A stretch of DNA of 42,829 bases from a virus (Duplodnaviria > Caudoviricetes): the IMG/VR virus record IMGVR_UViG_3300022670_000276, positions 1-42,829 of that record; one strand, 5' to 3'. This document shows, piece by piece, positions 18,032 to 27,801 of this stretch. The position numbers and the translations under genes were made by a program. Under the pieces are notes generated by a model. That model did no database searches. It was not told the DNA's origin and was given only the letters and a program-made list of their open reading frames with translations. Within the stretch, counting starts at the first letter, position 1. The number at the start of each line of letters is the position of its first letter.

Positions 18032-19356
18032 TACCCACCTCCGAAATCAGGTTGCATATCCATTGAGTCATTTTCAAAATCGAAACCTAATGAATCTTCA
18101 AGAAATTTATCTGCTTTTATTTCTAATCTATCTAGCCTGTCTTGTGGGATCCTATATTCAGGTGCTATTTCAACCGCTAAATTATATTTAAGTGTTCTAA
18201 ACCATTCTGATGGAAAATCAGGATTATCAGAAGTATTAACGGTAATGTCGATAGGACGCTCATAAGTAAATCTGGCGATTTGATCAACATCATTTGCTGT
18301 CTGCCATAAATAAAGTCTGCCATCAGTTAATTGTGGTGAATAATACCAATTGTTAATTGTTCCTTGTGATGATTTGTTAGGTTGTGCAAAATATTCTTCG
18401 CGAGACCATTGATTAGCTTCTATTTCGTCTGTAGTTCCTATTTTATCGCGTCTTAACTGCAATATACGCACAGGGCGTGGCAAAAGTTCAGGCACAGAGA
18501 AAACACTTTTATTAATCGCTGCTGCGCCCGTAAGACCATCAGCATTGAAAACCTGAGTAGTGCTTAATACTTCCACAATCTTAGTCCATTGCCTGGTAGC
18601 ATCATCCAAGCGAATACCAATCAAATCACCGGTAGTATTATCAAGAATAACAATTGATGTGGTTGTTGTTTCATTGGTTGCTGCTGTGTCGCCGTTCAAT
18701 ATTTCAAATGTGTGACTTGTTTGTGTGGCAACGAATTCAAATTTAGATGTGCCGGTAGCTGTTAAGGTTTCAGTTCCCAATACTGTAGCGCCATCTTTCA
18801 TTGAGTAAGTAACAGACGGGCTAAGGCCTTTTGTAAAGCCTGATATGACACGATAAGTCCTACCTACAGTAAGGCCTGTGATTGTTCTTTCGGCCTCTCC
18901 TGCGGCTGCTGCGGCGTTAGAAACCACCAAAGAAGTCGCCACAATAGCAATTGTTCCAGCTACGACAGTCCATCCTTGCGTTGATTCAGAAGGATCGGAT
19001 GGTAGAATATCGCTTGCCCCGTCCATCCCTGTCGTCGAATCGAGAGTTAACGTTCTATCTGTAACGACACCAGCAACCGCTAATTCAGTATTGACGAAAT
19101 CATCATCATTACCGGCTTCATCACCTGTGGGACCTAAATTATAATTGGTTCTGCCAACATCTAGAAAAAGAACTCCTTCAGTTTTTGTCCATAAATGCAG
19201 CCCCTGAGATTGCCAGCCTTTAACCATAAAATTCAGAGATTCCAGACCATCTTGTATTTGAGATGGATCCAGAGGCTGATTAGCATCAACTTCACCAATT
19301 AATCTTAATGCACCATCTACAATATCTTGGGCGGTAGTGGTTAATACTGCTGTCAT
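18031..19356 (-). CDS. Head-tail adaptor (P22 gp4-like) with a large internal beta-rich insertion
   Basis: N-terminal TAQDIVDGALRLIG...LESLNFMVKGW and C-terminal DFPSEWFRTLKYNLAVEIAPEY flank about 200 aa of T/G/A-rich sequence. Confidence 0.75.
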   Translation of the reverse strand: MTAVLTTTAQDIVDGALRLIGEVDANQPLDPSQIQDGLESLNFMVKGWQSQGLHLWTKTEGVLFLDVGRTNYNLGPTGDEAGNDDDFVNTELAVAGVVTDRTLTLDSTTGMDGASDILPSDPSESTQGWTVVAGTIAIVATSLVVSNAAAAAGEAERTITGLTVGRTYRVISGFTKGLSPSVTYSMKDGATVLGTETLTATGTSKFEFVATQTSHTFEILNGDTAATNETTTTSIVILDNTTGDLIGIRLDDATRQWTKIVEVLSTTQVFNADGLTGAAAINKSVFSVPELLPRPVRILQLRRDKIGTTDEIEANQWSREEYFAQPNKSSQGTINNWYYSPQLTDGRLYLWQTANDVDQIARFTYERPIDITVNTSDNPDFPSEWFRTLKYNLAVEIAPEYRIPQDRLDRLEIKADKFLEDSLGFDFENDSMDMQPDFGGG

Positions 19357-19604
19357 ATCAAATCACTTCCCGTAATAGGCGGATCCTGCAACGGTGCGTC
19401 TTCCCCTTGTGTTCTTGTTCCATCTGTAACGGCAATGCGCTCTGTTCGCCCTCTGATATCAATTTGAGGATGCTTTTCCTCGAATTCAGTTGCAGCATGC
19501 ACCAGTTGACCTTTCCAGTTAAAGCGCATTTCGGACCGTTTAAACTTTTGGCCCGAAATATCACTGATAACATTATGATCGCCTTTGACGAATCGATTGC
19601 GCAT
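19353..19604 (-). CDS. Conserved small head-completion region protein
   Basis: GDHNVISDISGQKFK...W.G..V...FEEKHPQ. Confidence 0.75.
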   Translation of the reverse strand: MRNRFVKGDHNVISDISGQKFKRSEMRFNWKGQLVHAATEFEEKHPQIDIRGRTERIAVTDGTRTQGEDAPLQDPPITGSDLI

Positions 19605-19732
19605 TAGTATTTCCTGCTATTGCTGGATTTTTTACGCGGATTATTTTTCTTAGGCGCCGGTTTAGATGCACCCGCTTGCTGTTCAAGTTGATGACCCGCT
19701 TGCTGCTGTAATGTTTGGCGTACTCTGGACAT
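19604..19732 (-). CDS. Small basic protein (42 aa), missed by the ORF track
   Basis: MSRVRQTLQQQAGHQLEQQAGASKPAPKK...; TAATG overlaps at both ends. Confidence 0.65.
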   Translation of the reverse strand: MSRVRQTLQQQAGHQLEQQAGASKPAPKKNNPRKKSSNSRKY

Positions 19733-20025
19733 TATCCTGCCTCCGTAATTAATACATTGCCTGTGGCTGATCCTCCGGCAGTTATCAGCCAGCCATCATA
19801 AGCCTCATTCAGCACGCCGACTGCCCCTGCTGTAATCGCCAAAGCACCAGCGGCAGGCGTATCAAATGTAGGGCTTGTCGATTGAATATCGTCATTTGTC
19901 ACTGTGATGGTGATGGTTTCGCCCGTCAAATTCTGAATAGTGGCGTGATATTGATCGCCACGGCGAGAATTTGCGACAAAGTTTCGTGTAGTTTCCGCTG
20001 TGAATGTGACGGTATGTCTACCCAT
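19732..20025 (-). CDS. Small beta-rich virion protein
   Basis: 97 aa, AGGAGG RBS, structural module. Confidence 0.75.
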   Translation of the reverse strand: MGRHTVTFTAETTRNFVANSRRGDQYHATIQNLTGETITITVTNDDIQSTSPTFDTPAAGALAITAGAVGVLNEAYDGWLITAGGSATGNVLITEAG

Positions 20026-20036
20026 TGTAACCTCCT

Positions 20037-20056
20037 AAAAAGGGGGCCGAAGCCCC
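20037..20056 (-). terminator. Intrinsic terminator
   Basis: GGGGC-TTCG-GCCCC followed by CTTTTT. Confidence 0.8.
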
Positions 20057-20061
20057 GGTTA

Positions 20062-21015
20062 TTAAGCCGCAGCATCAGGGTTAACTCTTCCGCCCTGTGT
20101 AGCTAGCGCACCTGTTACAAATACATTCGAGGCTTGTATGCCACAAGCAATAGTATAAGCGACACTGGTGGTATCCAACGAGTGTGCAAATGAGTTGGTG
20201 ATTGTGCCTGTGCTTGTAGTGCCAGTACATTTAAGGATTACATTAATATTTGTAGTTCCTTTTACGCTGACAGTAACGCCGTCGGCTTTAAAGTCGGTGA
20301 CAATTCCAGTTACATCACAAAGGCCTGGTTCATCAGCCGTGTCGATGCTTTGAACATAGGTATCATTAAACCGTAAACCCCTCACAGTAGCGGCAAAAAC
20401 TGAAAAAGTATTAAATGTTGTGCCGATCATTGCTGCTTGTGAGCCGATGTCATAATAACCATCGGCGGTATTAGCTGCGCCAGTTGATTCGACAATATTA
20501 ACAAAATTCAATGCCGCTGTGGTATCAGTAAATTTACAGTAAGGCGTGCCAAAAAACTTAGCAGTTGTAAGCGTAAAGCATTTAGCAATACTTAAGAAGT
20601 TAGCGATAAACTCACAATTGTAAAACATCACGTTATCTACTGATACCGGAATAGTAGCAGTGTTGGCCGTGTCTAATGTGAATGCGGCCATTAAAGAGCC
20701 AGTACCTAAACCAATCACAGACACACCAGCGACATTCATATTTAACGAGGTTGCATCTGAATATGTTTCAGCATGGCCGGGCTTAAGATAAATAACATCA
20801 CCGCGATTTGCTGTGCACCGGCTTTTCGCAAACTCTAATGTTGCGAAAGGTTTTTGATATGTTCCCGGATTGCCGTTTGAACTGCCAACACCGCCTTTAA
20901 CGACAGTAGACGTTGAATCAACCCAGAACACTTGTCCTGCTATTGGGATCTCAACAGGAACTCCCCGAAGAGAAATACCATTTTGAAACCCAAGAGGGAA
21001 ATTAGTTTGTGACAT
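20062..21015 (-). CDS. Capsid decoration / head fibre-like protein
   Basis: TNFPLGFQNG, GTYQKPFATL...RGDVIYLKPGHAE beta-helix start; follows the capsid gene. Confidence 0.65.
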   Translation of the reverse strand: MSQTNFPLGFQNGISLRGVPVEIPIAGQVFWVDSTSTVVKGGVGSSNGNPGTYQKPFATLEFAKSRCTANRGDVIYLKPGHAETYSDATSLNMNVAGVSVIGLGTGSLMAAFTLDTANTATIPVSVDNVMFYNCEFIANFLSIAKCFTLTTAKFFGTPYCKFTDTTAALNFVNIVESTGAANTADGYYDIGSQAAMIGTTFNTFSVFAATVRGLRFNDTYVQSIDTADEPGLCDVTGIVTDFKADGVTVSVKGTTNINVILKCTGTTSTGTITNSFAHSLDTTSVAYTIACGIQASNVFVTGALATQGGRVNPDAAA

Positions 21016-21068
21016 TTTATTCTCCTATAAACCCTTTTAGGGTCCAATATGAATCTGTTTATAGTTCG

Positions 21069-21086
21069 AAAAGGGACCGAAGCCCC
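21069..21086 (-). terminator. Intrinsic terminator after the major capsid gene
   Basis: GGGGC-TTCG-GTCCC-TTTT. Confidence 0.8.
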
Positions 21087-21092
21087 TAATAT

Positions 21093-22016
21093 TTAAGCTC
21101 CTGAACTGCCAAAAGCACCGCGACCATCCGACCATCCGAAATCGTAACGCTCATCAGCTTTAAACCGCGCGTTACCTGAAGTAAATGCATTGTCCTGACC
21201 AAAGCGTACAGGTCTACGGGTATAGTATTTCATCCCGTGAGGTGCATCAGTGGTTAAGAACCAGGCATCAGTATCAGTTAAAAACGGATTAGACATAAAG
21301 CCATCGCGAATTGAATTCATATCGCGGACTGCATTGGTTGCGTTGTTGCCGGTGTCATTCTGTAAAACAGAACCCAAGATACGTTGAGCTTCAAAGCTGT
21401 TAGCAGGCGCTATGAGTAAACGCATTGCTTGCAAAGCAGCAGGAAGACCACGCGCATCGGTGATGGTTTGAATCTGGATAAGCATATCTTCAAGAGCCGC
21501 TTCAGATAGATCTGCATCTACTGTTAGCCGATTTGAATAAGTACCACCAGACGGACCATTAGAGTGAGTAGTGGAGAACAACGGTTGACCATCGCCATCA
21601 GTCATAAGAACCGTACCATCGAAACCATTGTTATAAACAGCAGCTCCTTCAAGTTCCTTAGTGATATTCATTACACGCGCTAATGCTCTGGCACCATCAT
21701 TCAACTGACCGTAAAGCTCATCTTCAAGAGCTTCTTCAGTGACGATGTAACCTTTTGCAAAGGTGGTATGAATATATTTAGGCGTAAAACCCTGTTGACG
21801 TGAATCAAATGTAATATCATCACCTTCGGGTTTACTGGATGCTCGGTTAAAACCTTCTAACTGGACATCAACTTCGAATGCTTTTGACGATTGATTCGTC
21901 ATAAACATCTTATCCCATTTTGTATCGTGCGCTTTAAGTGAATTACCGAATACGTTTGCCACACCTTTTTGTAGTAAGCGTGGGACCGAACCGGTACTAA
22001 TTGCTCCTGAACTCAT
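21093..22016 (-). CDS. Major capsid protein (Mu gpT-like family)
   Basis: KPEG...D, VTEEALED.LY, DGQPLFSTTH, NPFLTDTDAWF, ERYDFGWSD.RG.FGS.GA; followed by a terminator. Confidence 0.9.
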   Translation of the reverse strand: MSSGAISTGSVPRLLQKGVANVFGNSLKAHDTKWDKMFMTNQSSKAFEVDVQLEGFNRASSKPEGDDITFDSRQQGFTPKYIHTTFAKGYIVTEEALEDELYGQLNDGARALARVMNITKELEGAAVYNNGFDGTVLMTDGDGQPLFSTTHSNGPSGGTYSNRLTVDADLSEAALEDMLIQIQTITDARGLPAALQAMRLLIAPANSFEAQRILGSVLQNDTGNNATNAVRDMNSIRDGFMSNPFLTDTDAWFLTTDAPHGMKYYTRRPVRFGQDNAFTSGNARFKADERYDFGWSDGRGAFGSSGA

Positions 22017-22018
22017 GA

Positions 22019-22576
22019 TTATACTCCGGTCGCGCCAGGCGCTACAGTGGTTGCATTCAATCGAACAATTGCGACATTACCCAATACACCAGCAGCGTCT
22101 TCTTTCAAAGCTACTATTTGTAGAGGTAAAGTTGCAGTAGTTGCGACACCCGTTGCATTTACTTGCATCACAGAAGGGAAGAGGCTACCTGATGCTGTTG
22201 CTTCAGTAACAACAGCTGGGGCATTTAATCCAACTTCAGTGATAAGTAAAGGGCCATTGGCCACGTCAACTTCGTATAAAGCATTAGGGTCAATATTGGC
22301 CTTAAGTGTGCCTAATGTACCTGATACGTGATGAGTCTGAGATAGCGCTTCACCTGCAAATGTCGGGTCAATCGAACTAACGACGCCGGTAGAAGCTGTA
22401 GTTGTTGGACCAAGTGCCACATCGGCGACACCTTGAGCGTTTGCAGTACCTGCAATACGAACAAGATCGCCTGGAACAATGACTTGGGTGGTTGCTACGA
22501 GAACAGCAAATGTTTTTTGTTTACCTGTTACGTCTCCTTGGGAGTCCGTATTAACAAGTTTAAATCCGGCTGGCAT
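22019..22576 (-). CDS. Capsid auxiliary/stabilising protein
   Basis: Start moved to MPAGF (GGAGG RBS); IVPGDLV, DPNALYEV, ATLPLQIV; directly upstream of the capsid gene. Confidence 0.75.
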   Translation of the reverse strand: MPAGFKLVNTDSQGDVTGKQKTFAVLVATTQVIVPGDLVRIAGTANAQGVADVALGPTTTASTGVVSSIDPTFAGEALSQTHHVSGTLGTLKANIDPNALYEVDVANGPLLITEVGLNAPAVVTEATASGSLFPSVMQVNATGVATTATLPLQIVALKEDAAGVLGNVAIVRLNATTVAPGATGV

Positions 22577-22583
22577 GATAAAG

Positions 22584-22649
22584 CCTCCGTTATTAATTAA
22601 AAAATGATAGGGATAATTATCCCGTTCGTTTCTCAATCAACTTCGGAGG
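22584..22649 (-). promoter_or_regulatory. RBS-sequestering leader hairpin upstream of the capsid genes
   Basis: CCTCCG/CGGAGG plus a 13-bp G-U-rich stem and an apical GGGATAATTATCCC palindrome. Confidence 0.55.
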
Positions 22650-22675
22650 TCTACCGCTTGATGAGTCTAGCTATT

Positions 22676-23215
22676 TTAGTTATTACTTACATGATGTTTG
22701 ATAGCACTTTTGCCACCTTCCGCTCGTCCCGTCTCAGGATCAGGAGCGTATTCCATTTGGCCTATTTGCGCTTCAAGATCGAGTGTAGCAGCAACCCTTT
22801 CTTTTTTCAACTTAAGGTCTTCGTCGCGATACTGTATAGGTAGTCGCATGGCATACATCGTATATGGACCACTTTGACAAGAAAGATTATTACCCTGCTC
22901 ATCTACCACATGTTCATAATATGCTGCACGAGCCTGGCTGATGCGGCCATCACGATCTTGAAACCAACGATGATAGAATCCCTTTTCCATTAAATTAGGA
23001 GGTATTTCTAATTTTTTCATGTTTTGCATAGAAATTCTTTCTGGTCTGCCAGAAGAATGTGCCACATCTTCTCTAGAACCGGCAACTAAACCTTTTTCAG
23101 TACCTTGCATAGCAGGCGGTAAGTCAGCACCTGTTTTACCACGTTCGACTACTACTTTCTTCTTCTGTCCTGGCTTTGGTCCTGGCTTTTTTCTTTGGTT
23201 CATTTCATCACTCAT
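22676..23215 (-). CDS. Conserved head-module protein
   Basis: GFYHRWFQD..GRI..A..AYYE.V motif; lies between scaffold and capsid genes. Confidence 0.75.
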   Translation of the reverse strand: MSDEMNQRKKPGPKPGQKKKVVVERGKTGADLPPAMQGTEKGLVAGSREDVAHSSGRPERISMQNMKKLEIPPNLMEKGFYHRWFQDRDGRISQARAAYYEHVVDEQGNNLSCQSGPYTMYAMRLPIQYRDEDLKLKKERVAATLDLEAQIGQMEYAPDPETGRAEGGKSAIKHHVSNN

Positions 23216-24006
23216 GATTCACCTCTCGTATCTTGTACTGCTTGTAAATAAGCAGCGTCTGATTCCCATGCATCTGGCATAGCTCGATAATATTTTAATT
23301 CATCACTTGTTAAATCAGTCATTGATAATTTTCTGCTTGCGCGTTTCTTGCCAGGCTTTGAGCCACCTTCAGGAATTGCTTGTCTGTCACGTTCATTATT
23401 CACTGCTGGGAATGCGCGATTAACATCATTCAGCATGTTAGTTATTGCTGTGCTAGCACTGATACCTTGACTCTGATAAGTCGTAAATTGCTGTTTTGCG
23501 TAAGCCGCTTTAGGATCGTTGCCCAGTATCCACGGATTAGCATCATTCCATTCATCAAGAATGGTCTGTTCTTTATTGGTTGTTGTAGTTGTAACAGGCT
23601 GACTATTGAGTTTATCAAGGTCTTTTTGAAATCCATTGGCCGCTTTACGATCAGCTAAATCGATGGCATCATCACGCCTACGCTCCAGTTCTGTTTTTTG
23701 AACTTCCAATTGTTGTTGGTGGAGTTGATTGGCGTTACTCATGCGAGTGTTGAATGATGTTTCCATTTCTTTCAATCGTTTGTCTTGCGCCTTGAGTCTT
23801 CCTATAAATTCACCACGCGCATTGAACATTTCAGCAGTTAAAAATTCTGGCGGCTTGTCGTTTTCTTCACCGTCCCATTCCTTCTCAGGCATCCAACCAT
23901 CAGCACGGGCTTTCTCTTCTGATGCACTCATATCTGGCTGTTTGTTTTCATGCTGCTCTTGGTTTTCGTCACTGATGTTAGTGTCTTCTGCTGCTGGTTC
24001 ACTCAT
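23212..24006 (-). CDS. Scaffolding protein
   Basis: Acidic N-terminus, EKARADGWMP, coiled coil, W...NPW motif. Confidence 0.75.
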   Translation of the reverse strand: MSEPAAEDTNISDENQEQHENKQPDMSASEEKARADGWMPEKEWDGEENDKPPEFLTAEMFNARGEFIGRLKAQDKRLKEMETSFNTRMSNANQLHQQQLEVQKTELERRRDDAIDLADRKAANGFQKDLDKLNSQPVTTTTTNKEQTILDEWNDANPWILGNDPKAAYAKQQFTTYQSQGISASTAITNMLNDVNRAFPAVNNERDRQAIPEGGSKPGKKRASRKLSMTDLTSDELKYYRAMPDAWESDAAYLQAVQDTRGES

Positions 24007-24428
24007 TCTATCGCTCCTATAATGTGCGAGTCTGGGATATAACGATAATTCTCATATCCCTTTAGTGAGGATTTCTTGCCCTCAAACTTTCGATATTCTA
24101 TTTTCTGGCCTATTTCTAAGCCCCAACATTTATGAGGTGGGATGTCTTTGTTTTCCCATCCACCATTATCAAGATCTATTTGCTCAGTCATCTCACAACC
24201 AGGATAGCCACAATATGCAGTGGGACCGATAGCGCGAACGTAACCAATGCTGGTAGCGTCCTGCTCTTTATCAATAAGCTCTTGAGGTAATTGGATTACA
24301 CTCTCTTGTCTTACTGTTTCCATTTCAATAAGGACATAGAATCCTAATGGTTTAATTTTCATATTAGTTTCCATTATCTCTTTAATTGCTTCTGCTTTTT
24401 CACGGTCTGTGATTTCATTCTTCATCAT
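24003..24428 (-). CDS. GroES-like co-chaperonin
   Basis: KIKPLGFYVLI, GYVRAIGP, GQKIEYRKFEG, DSHIIGAIE; start placed at the GGAGG-preceded ATG. Confidence 0.85.
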   Translation of the reverse strand: MMKNEITDREKAEAIKEIMETNMKIKPLGFYVLIEMETVRQESVIQLPQELIDKEQDATSIGYVRAIGPTAYCGYPGCEMTEQIDLDNGGWENKDIPPHKCWGLEIGQKIEYRKFEGKKSSLKGYENYRYIPDSHIIGAIE

Positions 24429-24690
24429 TTGGACCCTCCACGCCAGCTGGCGACCAGTCGAGCACACGCTCAACCATTACGGCACCACCTTGCCGTAACA
24501 TAGCGGTCATTGCTGCTGCTTCAACTGAATCTTCTGGTAAATAGTCCTGAAAACTGTCGATTACTGACAATTCAAGTTCTTCGAATAAACGCCTGGTAAC
24601 AGCAGAATGCCGCCACTTATTGTACGCGTCCTGGGAGATTGGTCGTTTGCTGTGCTTGTCTTTGATTTCTGATATCAGCCGTTCTAGCAT
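24415..24690 (-). CDS. Hypothetical protein after the portal
   Basis: 91 aa, YNKWRHSAVTR motif. Confidence 0.7.
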   Translation of the reverse strand: MLERLISEIKDKHSKRPISQDAYNKWRHSAVTRRLFEELELSVIDSFQDYLPEDSVEAAAMTAMLRQGGAVMVERVLDWSPAGVEGPNDEE

Positions 24691-26764
24691 TGTCTGCTCC
24701 TATCGCAGTTAACATGTCTATGGTCGATTTAACCTGAGTAGTATACTTGCTTATTTGGTTCTTAACGTCTTCTGATTCAGCTTGCTCTAAAGTCAGAATG
24801 GTTTCTGCTGCCATTTTCTCTATTTTACCGATAGTCTCTTGTATCTTGCGCTGAGTGTCAGCGTCTAATCTGTCCTGCTCTCGCCCTAATATCTCCGTCT
24901 GGAGTTTAGAGAGTTCCAATTGTGCTGCCTGTAATTGGTTAGCCTGCTCTTGTGCTTCTGTAAATCTCTCTATTTGTTTCTGTTCTTCGGTTGTTGGTTC
25001 TTCTGGGAATATCCTGTCTATATTTTGCGACCCGATACTCTCAAAGAAATTCTCCACTATAACTTGTGGATTACCACCGGCCTGTACCACCATCGGGATA
25101 GCTTCCACTTCTACGGTAGCGAGTTGGATACGTTGCAATTTAGAAGACATTTCAGGACTGGCAGTTGGTACTATATCAAGTGATTCATTGTTGAAATCTC
25201 GCAATGCATCAGCTTCTGGTTCATCCAGTAAAATTTTATACAATTCAGGGTCAAACGTTCTCTTATTTAATTCGAATAGTATCTGAAACTCTTCAGACAT
25301 ACTATCAAGTATTTGACCCATGAGTGCTGATGTTGATATCAACGCTTCCTGAATGATGGCAAGTGCTGTGGTTGGCGCTGTGGTTGCTGTGATTTGACCA
25401 CTGGTATCAACAATAGCCGCGAATTGTCGCGCCTGTTGTTCTAGCTTCTCATTGAGTTGAAACAGGGTAGGACTTGGTTCTGGATTTGGATTAGGTACGA
25501 TTGCTCCCTGTAAATCTCTGGCCGCTATATTTGTGGCTAAATATTGGCCTGGCTTCGTCCGCATTGGTCCCATTTTCTTTCTAAAACCTTTAGCGACAAA
25601 ACCGCCACCCATATTATTTAAAACTCCTGAATCAGTTAATAGATTAGTTGTAGTGTTAACACCTTGGGTAATAGCACCCAACAAATGCGCATAACCTAAA
25701 TCTAAGAACGTGCCATCCGGTGCTGGTATGAAACCATATTTGGTAATTTGTTGGATTGGTTCAATACGGATAAATTCAAACTTACTGATATCAGCGATTT
25801 CAGGCAATGGTTCTTGTATCCCTGTTGCTTCCTGTCTTGCAAGCATGGCAGCTGTATCTTGTTTAATGGCTTCGGCCATATTCATTATCCGACCTTCAGG
25901 CGTTTTGATGATAAACGAGCGCTCATCATATCTGGGTACAATGCGAACAATGGTCATCGTCTGTTCATGAATGGTAATAATATAAGGTTCTTCGTATCCA
26001 TCATCGTCTAAATCAGCAAAGCATTGTTGTTCTAAAAATCTGTCGGGGTTTTCTTCAGCACTGATTGTATCAGCAGCTTCATTAGATCCTTCATCACCTT
26101 CTGAATCTTTGGGATATATGTCAATATCCTTTAACCAAGTACCTGCGTTTTGTCTTTCGATCACACCATTCACATCAATGTCAAGAATCTGAGTGAATGA
26201 ACGATTGGTCTCCATACTTGTTGTTGCCTGGTTAATAGCAAAATCAGGATACTGAATAATATGAGAAGTGGTTTTACCTTGAAGTGGATCGAATATTGTT
26301 TTCTTGAATACAGTCCCAACATTGGGTAACACATACAGCATGCGCTTCTGGTCTTTGCGCCACTCCTTCATTTGGTAATTAACTTGATAGTTCATGGCTT
26401 CAGTGACACGATCAGCCAGTTTCTTTTTATTGCCTGTATTGTCTTTGCCAATAATATCAGCCTTAACAAGATTACGTAATCTGAGAATTTCAAGTTTTGC
26501 TTTATCACCAAAGGAAATACTGGCTTCAGAGAGAATAGGAGATTTGAAATTGCTGGCACCATCCCATGGCGTGGACTTAGTATTGAATTCCTGTTTCATT
26601 AGTTTAATGCCATGATCGACAGTATCAGACCAGTCATCCATCGAACCCCAATCTTCATCGAATTGACGACGAACACGCTCACCGATTACTGCAAGCTTTT
26701 CCTTATCGATATCTTCGGCTATGTTTTGTTTACCGACGAATTCTAAGAGTTCTTTAATTGGCAT
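24617..26764 (-). CDS. Portal protein
   Basis: PWDGASNFKSPILSEA, AMNYQ, GTVFKK, KYGFIPAPDG, TAPTTALA; 715 aa with C-terminal coiled coil. Confidence 0.9.
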   Translation of the reverse strand: MPIKELLEFVGKQNIAEDIDKEKLAVIGERVRRQFDEDWGSMDDWSDTVDHGIKLMKQEFNTKSTPWDGASNFKSPILSEASISFGDKAKLEILRLRNLVKADIIGKDNTGNKKKLADRVTEAMNYQVNYQMKEWRKDQKRMLYVLPNVGTVFKKTIFDPLQGKTTSHIIQYPDFAINQATTSMETNRSFTQILDIDVNGVIERQNAGTWLKDIDIYPKDSEGDEGSNEAADTISAEENPDRFLEQQCFADLDDDGYEEPYIITIHEQTMTIVRIVPRYDERSFIIKTPEGRIMNMAEAIKQDTAAMLARQEATGIQEPLPEIADISKFEFIRIEPIQQITKYGFIPAPDGTFLDLGYAHLLGAITQGVNTTTNLLTDSGVLNNMGGGFVAKGFRKKMGPMRTKPGQYLATNIAARDLQGAIVPNPNPEPSPTLFQLNEKLEQQARQFAAIVDTSGQITATTAPTTALAIIQEALISTSALMGQILDSMSEEFQILFELNKRTFDPELYKILLDEPEADALRDFNNESLDIVPTASPEMSSKLQRIQLATVEVEAIPMVVQAGGNPQVIVENFFESIGSQNIDRIFPEEPTTEEQKQIERFTEAQEQANQLQAAQLELSKLQTEILGREQDRLDADTQRKIQETIGKIEKMAAETILTLEQAESEDVKNQISKYTTQVKSTIDMLTAIGADNARTADIRNQRQAQQTTNLPGRVQ

Positions 26765-26771
26765 TTAATAC

Positions 26772-27425
26772 TCACTCGATTGCCCATGTAGGATTTTGCA
26801 TGGTAAAATTTGCTGAAGAAGTCGCTTTTACCAAATTACCATCGACATCCATTATTATTAAATCACCCTCTATAATTGGTTGTCCTGATATTTTTACATG
26901 ACCAGCATCACCAGGGTTATATATGCTGCCCGATGCGCCAAACGGCACGCGCTTTGCTCTAATCTTTGGTTCACTAGGGATTCTAGTCAAATTACCACGC
27001 CAGCTTAATTCTATATTGCCGTCTGTTCTTTGCTTCAATCTAATATCACTCCGACATTGGAAAATTAATTGTCCTTCTCCTGGACCACATCCCTCTGGTT
27101 TTGTAGCTATCGCTGCTACCTTCAGGCTATTCAATAAATCGAGGAACATTTTAATGACTGCGTCAACCGTGGGGGCTATGCGCACGTACATGATATTGTC
27201 AACTCCTAACCTACAAGCATAAGCCCCAGTCACTGCTGATTCAGGACCATATAATTCATAAGCTTTGTTAGATTCGACATATCTGAACGCTGACCACCCA
27301 TAGTAGGGACTATCGAAGTCTATGAATTCTGTGATTGGTATTTCACCGAGTGATTTATCGTCTTGAGGTATTGAACTAACTGCTTTGGTGCTGTTGATGA
27401 ATAATCTATCTGTTGCGTTAATCAT
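26772..27425 (-). CDS. Hypothetical protein (insertion between terminase and portal)
   Basis: 217-aa ORF coupled to the upstream gene. Confidence 0.7.
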   Translation of the reverse strand: MINATDRLFINSTKAVSSIPQDDKSLGEIPITEFIDFDSPYYGWSAFRYVESNKAYELYGPESAVTGAYACRLGVDNIMYVRIAPTVDAVIKMFLDLLNSLKVAAIATKPEGCGPGEGQLIFQCRSDIRLKQRTDGNIELSWRGNLTRIPSEPKIRAKRVPFGASGSIYNPGDAGHVKISGQPIIEGDLIIMDVDGNLVKATSSANFTMQNPTWAIE

Positions 27426-27607
27426 TATTTATACCCCATCTTTTTTAATAGCTGATCACCGCTAAAACTACCAGCTCTGTTGAGTTCGTTAATTAGTATG
27501 CTTCTCTCATGCTCCAAATATTGAACATAGGCAGATATATCATCTGCATTTTCGTGTTGTTTAAGTTTGCGCAATGAGTCTATTGCTTGATTATAGAATC
27601 TATTCAT
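27425..27607 (-). CDS. Hypothetical protein
   Basis: Start moved to MNRFYNQ, which overlaps the upstream stop. Confidence 0.65.
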   Translation of the reverse strand: MNRFYNQAIDSLRKLKQHENADDISAYVQYLEHERSILINELNRAGSFSGDQLLKKMGYK

Positions 27608-27800
27608 TTTTATTTCCAGCCCACCACCATTCACCGTGCGTTGAATGAATTGGTTCGGGGTCAGTAATTAATACAGGTTTCTTTCCAGTGGCACCAGTCA
27701 GTATTTCGCTGATATTATCTGGTATGTAAGTATCTCCAGCTTCTGCTGAGTGAAGTGCCGCACAAAGTACTTGTCCATTTTTACGAATTCGTAATGCCAT
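27600..27800 (-). CDS. Small conserved phage protein
   Basis: MALRIRKNGQVLCAA...GDTYI.D...HGEWWW. Confidence 0.7.
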   Translation of the reverse strand: MALRIRKNGQVLCAALHSAEAGDTYIPDNISEILTGATGKKPVLITDPEPIHSTHGEWWWAGNKNE

Positions 27801-27801
27801 T

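Noticed and set aside
24003-24428. GroES-like gene as a novelty
   Set aside because: Co-chaperonin genes in phage head modules are well known; listed as a feature only.
7996-27222. Numerous plus-strand ORFs in the track antisense to structural genes (e.g. 9043-9360, 15615-16064, 24855-25286)
   Set aside because: They lie within or across well-supported minus-strand genes and lack recognisable motifs; typical antisense shadows.
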